Of a DNA stretch of 64,000 bases, positions 13,560-27,221 are shown piece after piece. The notes beneath the pieces are model-generated. The model had not been told where the DNA came from and searched no databases. It was given only the letters and a program-made list of their open reading frames with translations. Source of the DNA: Syncephalis fuscata S228 (taxonomy: Eukaryota; Fungi; Zoopagomycota); the NCBI GenBank assembly GCA_025786725.1, contig JAHLTZ010000003.1, positions 914,863-978,862 of the forward strand, given 5' to 3'. A program made the position numbers and the translations under genes. The stretch's first letter is position 1. Each line of letters starts with the position of its first letter.

Positions 13560-15169
13560 TTAAAAAACGCTTTTTAAAAGATCTTGACTTGTCAACGTGG
13601 GAAATTCTTCTTTTTCTTGTTCGGTTTCGTTATCTTCTTCCTCTTCTTCTTCATTAGAAAATTCAATGCTAATAATACCATTCCATAATATGTATCCTAT
13701 CATTAATCCTATACCACCAATAATTGATAACCAACGCTTTTGAACAAAGCTACGCTCTTCTTGTGGCGACACATCAGATTGATTTGCTTGTTTACGGCTA
13801 TGGTGTTCATCTGCGCCTGGCTTTGCTTGACGCCAGGATGACCAATAGTTCTGTACTGCCATCCATCCATCACCACCCAATAGAACACGTGCTGGTAATG
13901 CCAATATACCGGAGAATGTGGCCGGCAATGGCGGGAATGCTTCCAATGGCTGAGGAACTGCTGTGCTCATATAGGCGCGTATTTTATCGCAGTAGGCCAC
14001 GAGCAATGGAAAGTCGCTAATTAGCATTTGACGCAATGTTGACTGTCGAAATTCATCTGCATACAAATGAAGTGCCAAATGTCCATAGACAACGGCATCT
14101 AATGATGAAGGACTAATACAAATAAGCTTAATGTTTAATCTATTCAATAGCTGTACAGTAATATATTCTTACTTGCTACCAAAAAAATAGGGCTGTAGAC
14201 CAAGTTTTGCTGATAGGCTGTATAGCAATTGCGTGCAGACGGTATAATCTAGCATAACCATAAATGAGCTGATTAGTATATATAAATATATAAATATGTG
14301 TGTATTATTTGTATTTACTTGGTCTAATAGCTTCTTCTTTTTAGAAATGTTTTTAATACCTGCAGCTTGTTCTTCCATTTCTAGTTCATTATCATCTGAC
14401 TTTGCCTTGTCTGTTCTTACTCCATACTCTGGTGTTGCCAATCGTTCCTTGGCCGCATTTCTCATGCGAATAGGAACGATATACCGTGTATGTAATGGCG
14501 ATAGATTTGAATACACAGGCCGTACAACACTTACAAAGTTTTCTTCTACTTGGAACCATTCATACAGCTTTTACCGTTATCAGTAAAAATAATTATCATT
14601 ATTGTTAATTTACTTACCTGTGCATTGTAAAGTGTATGATCCACCATGGCTCGATAACTAATAAAAGTATTTGGATTAGAATTGGCATTACTAAGTGATA
14701 TTATCCTACGCACGCAATTGCATCCGCTTGTTGTTTCTTAGTTAGCTCTGCATCCAGATCGTAGTCCTATTAAATCTGTTTGTTATTATTTCGATGATGC
14801 TTGTTTGCACCTCTTACCGTATCTTGTAAATACTGAATAATATTTTCAGAACCTGATACAACTTTATGGTCGCCTATCTTTAAGACAGGCAGCTCACCTA
14901 ATAACTGGTGTGAGCCACGAATAGCTAAATATCGTCGCTACTTACCATTGGGCGATATTGTTGGGTCGTTGGCATTATAGACCGACCAGTCAGCTTTTAT
15001 GAATAATAAAAATGCCTATATTATAAAGCGAATTAGAATTAAATTCCACGCGAATAATAGACAGCTCTATAAATACCTGAATGCCCAAACAGAAAGGATC
15101 TATGCTTGGTAGATTCCAACGACCTGCCCACGAATAAAGTGTTAGTGGTGCTTTTGGCGTTCTCGTCAT
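13560..15169 (-). CDS. Metaxin-1/Sam37-like mitochondrial outer-membrane SAM subunit, multi-exon
   Basis: LYSWAGRWNLPSIDPFCL, SPNG-ELPVL, YDLDAELTKKQQAD, W...ENF...RPVY, YFFGS-PSSLDAVVYGHLAL and a C-terminal TM segment (WLSIIGGIGLMIGYILW). Confidence 0.9.
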
Positions 15170-15394
15170 GATAGCAACAACTAATGAGAAAAAAATGGTT
15201 GATATTTATTTTAACTCTCCAAAGCAGCAAATCATTTTACGCAATCGATCGTAATGAGTTGATTAGATTAAATTGTGTTTAGATTATCATTTACAATTAA
15301 TATTAATAAATGTAACATTGTCATTTCCATAAAATAGAATTGATTAAATGTAACAGAACATTGTATTAGTAATAATATTAAACATTTATTTTAT

Positions 15395-16100
15395 TCAGGT
15401 AATGCGTTGGTATGCCCATTTATACTAATCTTTTTTATTAACTCTTTTTCTTTCTCTTTTGGTGGGTCACTATTCAATTATATATACAAGGCGTAGTTTA
15501 GAATAGATATGTTTACAAGTATTCTACTTAACATTCAATGAAAGCTATTGTTACCCATTCTTTTTATTGCGCTTATTGTTTTATCGAAAATATGTTCTAT
15601 ATAATGAGTAACTTTAGTGTCAAGCGACTTTTATTTTTAATGCATTTATTGTTTCACTTATAATTTGTTCTACAATATGCCAACATGTTGAATATATTGA
15701 TTTTTATTCTTTCAATGCACTTTGCCATTAATAAATTAACTCGAGCCTTTATAAATATTGGCTAACAGGCTCCACATCTCACAATCTACATCATCACATT
15801 TCCCTTTCTCTTTCTTCACACTTGATAGCATATATCCATTGCATATATTCGTACACTCCATACATGCTAACTAGATAGTGTTAGTAGTTGACTGACTACT
15901 AGTCAAGTACAAGCACCTTTTATACTACGCCCTTACATTGCTCTTTAATATAACTTTTTTGCAAATCACTTTCATTACTTCGATCATTGCCGCTGTCACC
16001 TTCTTTGACAGGGCAAGTGCATTTTTTGCTTGTTTTTGCTTATTTATCACCCTTATAACTGTTATATCGTATAGATTTGAAAATAAGATATTAATATTTA
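15395..16100 (+). repeat. Repeat family B copy (diverged)
   Basis: Collinear similarity to the reverse complement of ~24950-25600, e.g. TGCCATTAATAAATT..CTTTATAAATATTGGCTAAC..CTCC vs TGCCACTAATAGATTT..CTTTATTAATATTGACTGAC..CTCC. Limits approximate. Confidence 0.55.
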
Positions 16101-16705
16101 TAATGGCTAATAAATTATTTATTAAAAATGCATAATAACATGAAATAAAACATAATAAAACTAAACATATCGATACTGTGCCAACATTAATGGTACTGGT
16201 AATAACATCGGACTCATGTTCTAGTTAAATAATTGCTATTTTTTATTGTCAATATTCTATACTATTTACAATGATATAAACCAATATCAGTCCAGAATAA
16301 TAATAATAATAATACGAAGTAAATGTAAGCCAAGTGGTATGGTTATGACTTTGAAACGATATACCAACTAAAACGATATGGTAGTGGTAATCAGGTGGAG
16401 ATATAAATATATCCATCTTAAAAAATTACAGCGTGCTGTTGCAAAAGGAACCGCGATCGTCATATGTATATATTTGTTAAAATATTGGAAAGCAGAAAAG
16501 TATAATCACAAATAGAAACTCAAAGGAGCTGTCTAAAGGCAGCTCTTGAACAATGGCTACAAATACTTCTAATAAAATAAAATACGCAAAGAAAGAGAAA
16601 GCGAGAAAGAAATAAACTGGAATTGAAAACATAAATTGGTAATAAAGGAAAATTCGAGCATTCTTCATATTCTCGAGTTGCGCGTACGCGTATTAATCAG
16701 TGAAT

Positions 16706-19129
16706 TTACACTATCTCTGATATACGTGTTCGCTTAGCTTGATTTAAATTATAGACAAATGGGTGATTGGAAGTGGCGGCTGTATGATCGGGCATGGTCA
16801 TTTGATGATGGACATTCGATGGATTTGTCGCTGTGGCAAATTCAATAAATGTACGTTTCATACCGGTGTTTAAGGCATTCACCGCACTGTGATCTGGAAT
16901 AGGCGCCGCCATATTTGGTTCATTCCAGTTGACCATCTTCTGGGCAACATCAAGCATTACTGCCGATAGCGGCGTACCGTAGAGAGCGGCCGTCGTGGCA
17001 ATCATACTACTATGACTGCTGCTGTTGTTGTTACTTAATTCATGAGAACTTTGGTTGTGACTTCCTGGTATTGTTGACGGAAATAGCGCAATGGCATCAA
17101 CGTTATTAGGTTTATTCGTCACATTATTCTCAAATTCTTCAATGGCACCAGCCGATGGAAAAGGTCGTGGAATTGAAAACGTCATTTGGGCCGAGTTGGC
17201 CGCTTGTGATCGAATAAGATGCACACAGTACTTTTCAACAACACTAAGTAGCGTATCTTTACTAAATGGCTTGGGCAAAACATCGTTCATACCGCAAGAC
17301 ATATAAACAATACGTGCATCCTGTGTAACATTAGCCGTTACACTTACGATTGGAGTACAGCGGTCAAATTGACGAATTTGTGCTGTTGCACTCATACCAT
17401 CAAGATGCGGCATCATAATATCCTATTGTGTTGTGTAGATAACAATATTGTAAAATCAATTAGTCGATGGATTAAGTAATAAAGCGATTGATTAACAAAA
17501 AATATTGTGATAACTTACCATAAGCACAAGATCGTATTTGCTGATGTTCATTTTGTTTACAGCTGTTAAGCCATCCTCCGCCTCATCAAGTGTACAGCCA
17601 AATATTTGTAGAATCCGACCGCTTAGTCGGCGACATACGACATCGTCCTCGACTAGCAGCACTTTGGGTGGCTGTAGCCAGCTTGGACGACGCGCCTCAA
17701 GCTCTGAAACATTGCCGGCCTTTTTAGCCAATTGTTTTCTCTTTCGTACAATGGCCGATGTCTTATTCTTTGGCGTTTCAACCGATGTTAGCTGCGATTT
17801 CTCAGAGATGTTGTTAACAGGCTGCATTGGCGAGATCATAGGGGCTCCGCTAGTTGGACTCGACAACGAGGCAGTTGCAGCTGGTGTCGATAGTCCCGAT
17901 GTGTTGATGGACATTAGTGGTTGCGTATATTGCTGATATATAGGTGCAGCTGCCATACTGGCTGTAGTATGAGGCTGCAGTGTTGGTGAGGCCTGTAATT
18001 GTTGTAGAAATGAACTATTTACAAATCCATCTGCTAAAAGTGGTGGAGATGGCAGCATCGTTACTGGTGACGACATTGAACTACTGCTATTCGGTGGAAT
18101 GTTTAGACGATCAAGATGACGCTCAAAAACCGTAATGGCATCTGCATGCGTTTCAATAAGCTGTTTTAGCTGATTACTGAATGTTGTCTGATCTATATTA
18201 AATTAAAAATCGTCCAATATGAGCAATGGCCATACATATATTAATACAGTTGCAATAAACAATCTTTGTCTTACTTACCAGGACGACTATCGATTAAATA
18301 TTGTACAATTTGATTCATCAGTTTATCGCGACTGGCAAGGCCGTGATAAGCTTCTTGAAGATCATTTGTAAGTATTTCGCATTGTATCGTAGTACGTTTT
18401 AAAACTTCGGCAGTCTCTTCCTGAAGCCGTGTCGTTGCATCCAACTCCTGTTGAAGTTTTTCAACTTGGGACATTACCTCCGCAATCTGGCTGGCATTAG
18501 TCGTCATTGAGCTAGAACCTGCTCCATTGCTTAACAACGTGTTACAAGCCCCCTGTGGACTTGGGCCGGCAGAAAGTGACTTATTAGCGCATTTACGTCG
18601 AATTCCCTCAAGTAAATCGTGTCGATTTCGTTGGAACATCGGATGATCAAACTCCCATGCCTGTAAAGTGATAAATGTGATTGATGGCGCAAAGTACGAT
18701 TAGACATGCTGGATGTTTAAAACCAACTTACTACTTACATGTTCACCATAAAGCATAATATCATCATCGTTATTACGCTTAACTTTATGAAAGTCGTATT
18801 TGTTCAATTGACGAACAAAGGACGCAAAGTTGGAATGCTTGAAATGCATTGGAAGAATAGATTTTGAAAATTCACTTTGATCCTTGACAATAAACGATTT
18901 GCCATAGTCGCCCCACGAAACAACACGTACATGGCGCTCATCCTCGAGTAGACTGCAATGATTGTACCGATTTTACCCGTTAGTACTTGTTCCAATTGTT
19001 TAATACTTGCAGTATATTTAGCACAACAAGATTAATCACCTACCTGTGCAATTTACGAATAAAGTCTGGAATCAAATGTCCACTGGTTAAATTAGTATTA
19101 CCAGAACGGTGATCTTTGTTATCGGTCAT
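16706..19129 (-). CDS. SKN7: Skn7/Prr1-type response regulator (HSF DNA-binding domain + coiled coil + receiver)
   Basis: PDFIRKL, FKHSNFASFVRQLNKYDFHKV, WEFDHPMFQR (HSF domain); VLLVEDD..DLVLM|DIMMPHLDG..TANV..KPF (receiver domain with the phospho-Asp); GT-AG introns. Confidence 0.93.
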
Positions 19130-22058
19130 GGCTGTACAATTAACCAAAGATATAGATATGTGTTGTAGATTAAACTTGGTCAAGATAATAAAATCGAACA
19201 GTTTAAACTAAGCACCAGAATACAATGATCAGTTGAAAAATGCTACAAACTACTAGTTAGGCCTGCTGAATAGCTGCTGGAATATCTGCCGGGCTTAACA
19301 ATAGTTCTGTTTGTTAAATAAAATTCAGGATGTATAGCAAGCAACTGAAAACAATGGCTTGGTGTCAAATGAGTTATTAATAAACTATGTTTGCTTTGTT
19401 GAAGCTGGACAAGTGCTAAAGCAACTTGCTAATCAAACACTAAATAAAAAAACTATGTGTGTGTGCACGCGTTAGTACTCTGATTGGTGTGGATGGAATT
19501 TAAAAGGAAACTGTAAAGTAGTTGTGTTGCCAGAGAACAAGCAATTATGTAACAAGTGTAGTACACCTGCCGAGCACTACATACAAACGAATAGGCAAAA
19601 ATGGTAGCTCGGTCTAGTCAAGAGCGCGCTGAGCAGTAAGCAGTTTCGACACACTCAGCGCTTAGACAGCCATGAAAACACAATTGAAAGGGAAAGTGGC
19701 CCAATCCATTGGTGTGGCACTTACAAAAACAAGTGTATAAAACGATAGGATGCCTAGGATCGACTATGGAGCTAGTGACGCTGATAGGCACAAGTCTTGA
19801 TAAACAGAGCAAATTAAAGGCAGACAAAAGCTAACTGTTAAAATGGGCGGAGTAATAAAATGACGAATGAAGAATAATTTACCTGTAGTATGTCACTTTA
19901 TAATAATTCAAAAATGGCTGAGGCGTCGAAGCAGGACAGTACGTGATAGCACGCGGTATTGAACAAAATCCGCCAATGGTTGTCGAAAGCGTGCAAGGCA
20001 AGGGAGCAACAAAGGTCAATAGGCCGATCCGACTGAGTTTAGACGAACTTGCGCGGCAGGCGGTACGAACAAAACTATGGCAATTGGTGGTGTAAGCAAA
20101 GATGGAGAACAATGATAAATTGGAAAGATACAGCTTGAAGCTTAAGCAGTATATATATAAACAAAGAGCTATACTAGAAGACAAGGTGGTAAGGATGACC
20201 GTTCAACTACAAGGAGGCTAGGCTTTGATGTGCAGCCGCTTTTTGGTTCAGTTGTCAAAGCGGCCATACGTATACTGCCCACGAGGACGCTCATTTGCAC
20301 GGCTGGGAGTCTCTGCACGTGCAGCCTCGTAAGTATGGGCGGAATAGTATGATATTGAATGAATACTGAAACAAAACATATCGGTAAAAAAGTAATGGAA
20401 AACGGGAATAAATATGCATGTTCGGTGACCAGCTACAGCATTAGAGGTCAGCCTGCATGTTCACATTTAGTACCCAGAGAACAGCAATGTATTGCTGCAA
20501 AACAACTTTACTATTCTCTATGGGGTGTAATGGCAAAGGCGCTCCAATGGCCAACTAATCCGGAAATACGGTATGGTACCTGACTTGTCGGCAAATGATT
20601 TTACTCTAAATAGCATTAAACAGTAATAGCAATAGTCACTTATTACAATATTCGCATTTTATTTAATAAATAATAGCGTTACATATTAGTGATTTAATTA
20701 AAACACAAGCAAAATAACAGCATAAAGCAGTACAGCAGCAATCCTTTATGATAGCTGAATCTTTGGCAAATGTTTGTACACCATTACGTTTGAGAAACAG
20801 CGACTGTTGTTAACGCGTACATGAAACAATATAGTAATTGCGCATATCTGCTTGTTTGGTGCATTTTGAATTTTATTTACCGAAATAAAATATATTATAA
20901 ATAGATTGGATCATGAAACAACAACTGTTATATCTTGCAATAGTCTATTGTGTTGCTTAAATGGCTGTATGATGGTCAATATAATACAAAAAGACATACT
21001 ATGTCGCAATGGTGCTGAATAGTACACTTTACTGTAATTCATATGGCTTTACTTGAATGCAATCTTCGGTAATTGCGGGGCCATCATATTGCCACAAGAA
21101 TTCAACCTGGTATGGTTACACAAATCAGGTCGAACCATGGCGGGCCTAGACCGGCCGTAGACCGATGATTGGTCCAAATATTATAGTGTAAGTTCTAGCT
21201 GAAATCGTACAGGGCTTGAATAGATTCAAACAAGGACATAATACATACATTTGCTACTTTTAAATTTAACAATACCATGTGCTACATTTTTACCGGCCAA
21301 AATAGTGTCATGACTAACCAACCATTGGGTTTGTTTGTAACAAGCAGCCAATCTGATAATCATGTGCTTAGCTTGATTCTACATGTGTACGCCTATACTA
21401 GTCACATTGCAATCTAATACTACTATTATCGGCATATTTTAATATCAACTATTTAATCCAAAAATAGTGGTCAAATTGGCGAAATATTAGCTATTCATAG
21501 ACAAGGCTAGTTTTATTCTTAGCAATAAGTTGTGTATAAAGTGGTACTTATTATTTTGCTAGTATCATTCTAATTAATAACTTTATTATTATACACATAC
21601 AATTATTTGTGCTAAATGGCATCTTAAGTCTAGTAGTTTCTAAGTAGGACTAGTACGCTTTTGTTTATGTATATATATATGTATAATGAATATAATAAAC
21701 GTTGCTATTGATGAGCATAAAATTCGGCTGAATTACGCTGCCATATTTAATTGCTATTATAAGCACAATTATACACATACTGCCATCGTCGGTACACAAC
21801 AATACAATAACAAATAATTACAGTTTTAATTTCAACAAAAGCCATCATCTATGCTATCTACAATCCATTTCTATGCACAAAGTCGTCTTGCTACCAACAA
21901 CTATACTGCATTAATGTAACATAGATAGCCATTGAACCGCTGTACTAAGCGGTTCAATTACACTTGTACAAGCTATATAGTAGCAGAAAAAGCAAAAACA
22001 ATTAATGTTCCAGCGATAAAGCACAGTCACATTGTATCTAAACGGAGCAAAAAGCTAT

Positions 22059-22131
22059 TGCGACATCCCCGGATCGAACGGGGGACATTTAGATCTTCAG
22101 TCTAACGCTCTCCCAACTGAGCTAATGTCGC
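22059..22131 (-). tRNA. tRNA-Phe(GAA), intronless
   Basis: GCGACATTAGCTCAGTTGGGAGAGCGTTAGACTGAAGATCTAAATGTCCCCCGTTCGATCCGGGGATGTCGCA: perfect acceptor stem, D loop, CTGAAGA anticodon loop, TTCGA T loop, then a T5 Pol III terminator. Confidence 0.97.
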
Positions 22132-23273
22132 TATCGGATAAAATTTTATGTTTTTTTACATACATATTCTAAAAATTATATATACATTTGTAACTCAGCT
22201 GTTTTTTATAAAATACTAATATACACATTTATAATGTTTTATTAAATTATTCAAGTAGGTTTAGCTATGTTTATAATAGAATATATATTTTAATATATTA
22301 TCAATGCCAATTGGCTAATATATTATTTTATTAGTATACGTATTTAATCAACTTTTATTAATCGTTATCTATTTCACTCCACTTTTAAACATAATTAAAC
22401 ACGCATTCATTACTATAACATATATAATATTACATCCAACATTAATTAATTTATGTGTAATTATCAGTACAATAATGTAATTAATTAGTTATTTTTATTA
22501 TTACTTTAATATATATATATTGTCGTTTATGATATTAATTGTTCAAATTTTATAATAATTATATTAATATTGATCTTACATTACAAATATGCCTAAAATG
22601 CAATAGTAGAATATTAAAAAATAGAAAATATTATTTAGATGCAATAACAACAAATCCAGAATGGCATGGAATTACGATAATATGACTTCTATTAATATTC
22701 AATCAATCTTTTTACACATGGTCAACAACAATAATAATCGGCCTAAATGTTCCAAAGAAATCAACAGTATTTACATTGTTTATTTAAATCAATTATTAGC
22801 AATATTTTAATATAAAGTAATATAGCTATATCGCGTATAACAACAACACGACTTTAATTGGAAAGAATTGTGCTTTGGGGACAGATGTGGGAGTCAAAGT
22901 ACAGTTCGACCAAGACGACGTTGTAATAGAAATAATACATTAACCAAGTAGCAATAATAAGAAATTAAAATAATTATTTAACTAGTTAAATAAGTTGTGG
23001 ACAGATACATAAAAGACTAGATATATCGTATGTATGGCAATTGTTAAATAGCAAAGCTGATGCACAAACAGCCAATAGTTTGTCAATCGATTATGAATTA
23101 ATAGTATTTGAGCTGTTAATGACAACGATAATAATATGCTATTGCTACTACAACAGTAGCTATTTTGAAAATAAAGAACCTTTATTTTAATTAGTAGACG
23201 CTATTAATAAATTAAAAAGTGCAAAAATTTGCATTTTTTTTATTACTTTTCTTAGTATTTTATATACGCAATC

Positions 23274-24262
23274 ATGTCTGGACCGACGTTTGTCACGCCT
23301 GCGCAGGTCGTCACCAGCGACACCTCGTTTATGCGGTAAGTAGTGCGATCGATGCATTCATCGCAACGATGATGAGCCTTAACAAACCAATTGCGGCTTA
23401 GTGGTCATGGCACCTACCAGGAAGGCAAGGAGATCGTGTCAGCAGTGGCTGGTGTTGTCGAGCAGGTCAATAAGCTAATAACGGTACGACCGCTCCGTGC
23501 ACGCTATTCGGGCGAGATCGGCGATGTTGTTGTTGGCCGTATCACCGAGGTGGGCCAGCGACGATGGAAGGTTGACGTGAATGCTCGTCAAGACGGCGTG
23601 TTGCTATTGTCGTCCGTGAATCTGCCCGGCGGTGTTCAGGTGAGCGTGACAGCTAGTGCACACTGGCTACATGAGTGCATGTAACTTTGGTGCACTAACA
23701 TTAACCTTGTTCTTGTTTTCTTTTTTTGGACGCGGACCATCCACAGCGGCGCAAGTCTGAATCAGATGAATTGCAAATGCGAAAGTTTTTTACCGAAGGT
23801 GATATGATTGTAGCTGAGGCACAAGCATTCTTCCAGGATGGCGCCATGTCTATGCATACGCGTAGTCTCAAATATGGTAAATTGCGTAACGGCGTGCTCA
23901 TCGCGGTGCCGCCTTCCTTAGTACTACGTAGTCGATCACACTTTCATACGCTTGCGAATAGTATTGAGGTGATTATCGGACTCAATGGCTACATCTGGGT
24001 CTGCAAGCGGGCAAGCAAGGCGCCCGAAGAGATGGAGCCGGATGAGCTATACGCCGACATCAACGAAGAGATTAGCGCCCAAGAACGTGACACTATTGCT
24101 AGAATATGCAATTGTCTTCGAGGCTTGGCCGACCGACAAATTGCCATTGACTACACAAAGCTCGCATATGCCTATGAAGCATCGCTAGAACACGAAGCCA
24201 AAGCACTACTCGAGCTGGACGTAATGGAGACCGTTTTAGCGGCAGCAATAGCGCGCGTATAA
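23274..24262 (+). CDS. RRP4: Exosome complex subunit Rrp4 (EXOSC2), 3 exons
   Basis: FMR|[41 protein letters not shown]|[33 protein letters not shown]-type motif, IGLNGYIWV. Confidence 0.97.
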
Positions 24263-24949
24263 AGAATTTATTATGTTCGTTAGTCGCTGTTTTAATGTAA
24301 CAAAATATACCAAATTGATTAAAATAGGCAAATTTTAAACGAATATACCGATAAGACTACAATATACATGCTTACACAAAAATAGTGCCTATTTTAAAGT
24401 ATTTTAGTGTATATTTCCATATTTTGACATCTAAATGCCTTGTTTGGAGCAAGTTATTTATTTCTATTTCATATGTAGTAACAAATAACGATATAATCGT
24501 ATTAAAACGTGCAAATGATGCTCAGTTTATTGTTCTATCCAAAATGTATTGAATAGTTGGTAAATAAAATGTTTCTTTTAAATTGTAATTTATTATTGTA
24601 GATGTTTTTATTGATAGTATATGATCAAAAATGATAAACCAACATACAACGCCATAAACGAACAAATGAAAACTACACGGATATCGGCGATAAAGGTGTG
24701 GTTTGCATGATAGTGATGTGAATTAATATCTTTAATAAATGCTGTTAGAGATAAACAAATAACTTTATTAATTATATGGGATTGGTAAGTGATATACTGA
24801 TATATAGTATAATAGATGAATAAAGTAAAATTGATGAAATAAAAATATATGATAAAATGATATTATCATGTTAAATACAATATAGAGTATAAATGTGGTG
24901 ATCATACAATACCGTCTATTATCCATTTTGTTAGTATGTATTAAACTTG

Positions 24950-25600
24950 GTTTTGTTTAAAAAGCTTTTAATGTTTGAGTTAAATTATAGTAACATGAGC
25001 ACGAACAGCTATACTGATATCTTATCTTGGATTGTATACTGCTATAATAAATAAAAAGCTATTGCTTGACAGTGCTAATTGTGTAAAATAACAGTTTTAT
25101 ATTAGTTTTCAATGCTATTCCCAAGTAATTGAATAAGAAAAGATGATGGTTTATTTAATAATGAATGTAAAAAAGACTTGTAATGCGCGCTATAAATATA
25201 CAGTAGTTTGTATAGGTTAGTATTCAATCGACTATTAAGATTACCTAATATATATATATATCGAATGTAAAAGTATGTGAAAAAAATGCTTGATGTGGAT
25301 TGTATGTTTTGGAGTCAGTCAGTCAATATTAATAAAGACACAAAGCAAATCTATTAGTGGCATAATAAAAAAGTTGAATATAATAAAATATATTCATTTT
25401 ATCATAAAGAATGACATCACTATAGAGCATGCTTGTCAGTAAAATGGTGAATACTAATAGTAAGTAACAAAGAATAAAAGTCAATTCATATTAAAAGACA
25501 AAGCGTAATTCTAAAACATTTTAGTAATAAAATATTAATGGAGTAAAAACGATTAATGTCATTTGAAACCAACGTTTATTATTATAGCTTTTTTTACTAA
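24950..25600 (-). repeat. Repeat family B copy (diverged, inverted relative to 15.4-16.1 kb)
   Basis: Several collinear blocks match 15395-16100 on the opposite strand. Confidence 0.55.
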
Positions 25601-26159
25601 TTAAACTGGTAATAAAAGCAAATATAGTGCTTATTTTAGAACATGTTGTCGTTAGGTGGATTAGAATGGTATTTTTTAGTGATAAAAAGGGTAGGCCATG
25701 TTGGCAAGTCGAGAATTGAATTTGCACAACGTTTGATCAACGACGTGTCCGATACTTGCTACTTTCGTAAAAAGCCAACAGCTATTTTATCGGACTAAAC
25801 GACCAATAGGCAGTAGCATTGAACATGTGGCACTGCACGTCTGTCAAAAACGACAATAAAGCATATGTCGGCATTAGACGACGTAATACAATGGCCATGC
25901 TTTGAAAAGATTGCTCAATACCTTCGCTGTTTTACAAGCCAGCCTTCAGGGTACACATTGTTGTGGTCTCTCGTTACTCTACATCAGTTGAGGAGATGCG
26001 ATAAAGGCATAACCATGATTGTTTGATACCTGCATGGTCTCCAAAGTATAGGTTGCACCGGAAAACAGTCTTGTTTTCTATTCTAGGCGATACAATTCTA
26101 TTTGTATCAAAATTTACATCAAAAAGCCAGCAAAAAAGTCAGTAAAATAGTTGTCACTT

Positions 26160-26169
26160 CCTTATATGG
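26160..26169. promoter_or_regulatory. CArG box (CC(A/T)6GG) upstream of the MCM1 locus
   Basis: CCTTATATGG is a canonical SRF/Mcm1 site; function unproven. Confidence 0.3.
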
Positions 26170-27182
26170 ACGACAAAGCATACGATACAGCATCGTAAAA
26201 AATATTTATGTGCTATAACACTACAACGTGGTAACGGGGTGTATAACACGTGGGATAACATTACGAACATGCCACTCTTATTCGTAAAAACGAGAAAATA
26301 CTGGTCATAGAGCGACGGCCGCCGCTGCTATTCAATTTGTTTGGTCGAGTGTGCTGTTCTATAGAACTTTCGCTGCCCCTTAAACAAAATTTACGCTCCG
26401 CATTGCTATTTTTTCCATTTCCCACTTTGGCATTGCTATTAAAATCGTTTTATTGACCGCTAGCGTCATTTGCTGCCATTGATGTGTAACGTTCACTGAA
26501 ACGACACTCGTGACACTGTTATGAAATGAGGATGACCGATAGGGAGCCGGAAAAGACCAAACACGGCCATGTTCTACACGCGCTTAATCCCGAAAAGAGA
26601 TGCTAATGACTGTTACTGCCATGTAGCTCGTGTCGACGACAGCAGCAACAGCAACAACAATAGCAATAACAGCGATAATAGCGAATGCTTGTACCACCAT
26701 GTTTAGCATTATTGGATGAAAGAAAGAGACAGAGATCTTGGCTCGAACGCATGCATCTGTAGTCGCGACCATTGTCGAGTACTACGAACATAGAACGAGC
26801 GACGCTTGTTGCACATGGCGATCATTCATGCAGCAATACTGGATAATAACACGTTATACATATCAATCAGGCACGTTCTTTTATGATCATGTGAAGTATG
26901 AGTATTAACAACATCATTAATAGTGTTTATTCTATTTTTGTGATGATTTCTTTTTACCGCCGAGCCTTTAGTGACTCTAGTTATGACCTTTGTCGATAGG
27001 TGTGGCCACCACATGGCTTCGCAAGTCATATTTGTGACGAATGTTGTCCGTCTTGCGTGCGTGGTAGTCGCATTCTGGTAGGCCTTGTTCATACATGATT
27101 TGTACTGGTAGTATTGCCGGAGATACGACCGATGACCGAACGAAAAGCCATGAGTGAGCACAAACTAACGAGTTGATGGATG

Positions 27183-27221
27183 TCGGCCAATCAGTTGGGT
27201 AAACAGACACTCGGCCAATCA
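27183..27221 (+). promoter_or_regulatory. Tandem CCAAT boxes, putative MCM1 promoter
   Basis: TCGGCCAATCA occurs twice, 28 bp apart, just before a (CT)n/pyrimidine-rich tract typical of fungal transcription starts. Confidence 0.4.

Noticed and set aside
21931-21975. Helitron 3' terminus
   Set aside because: No CTRR at the expected distance after the hairpin on either strand, and no second copy seen.
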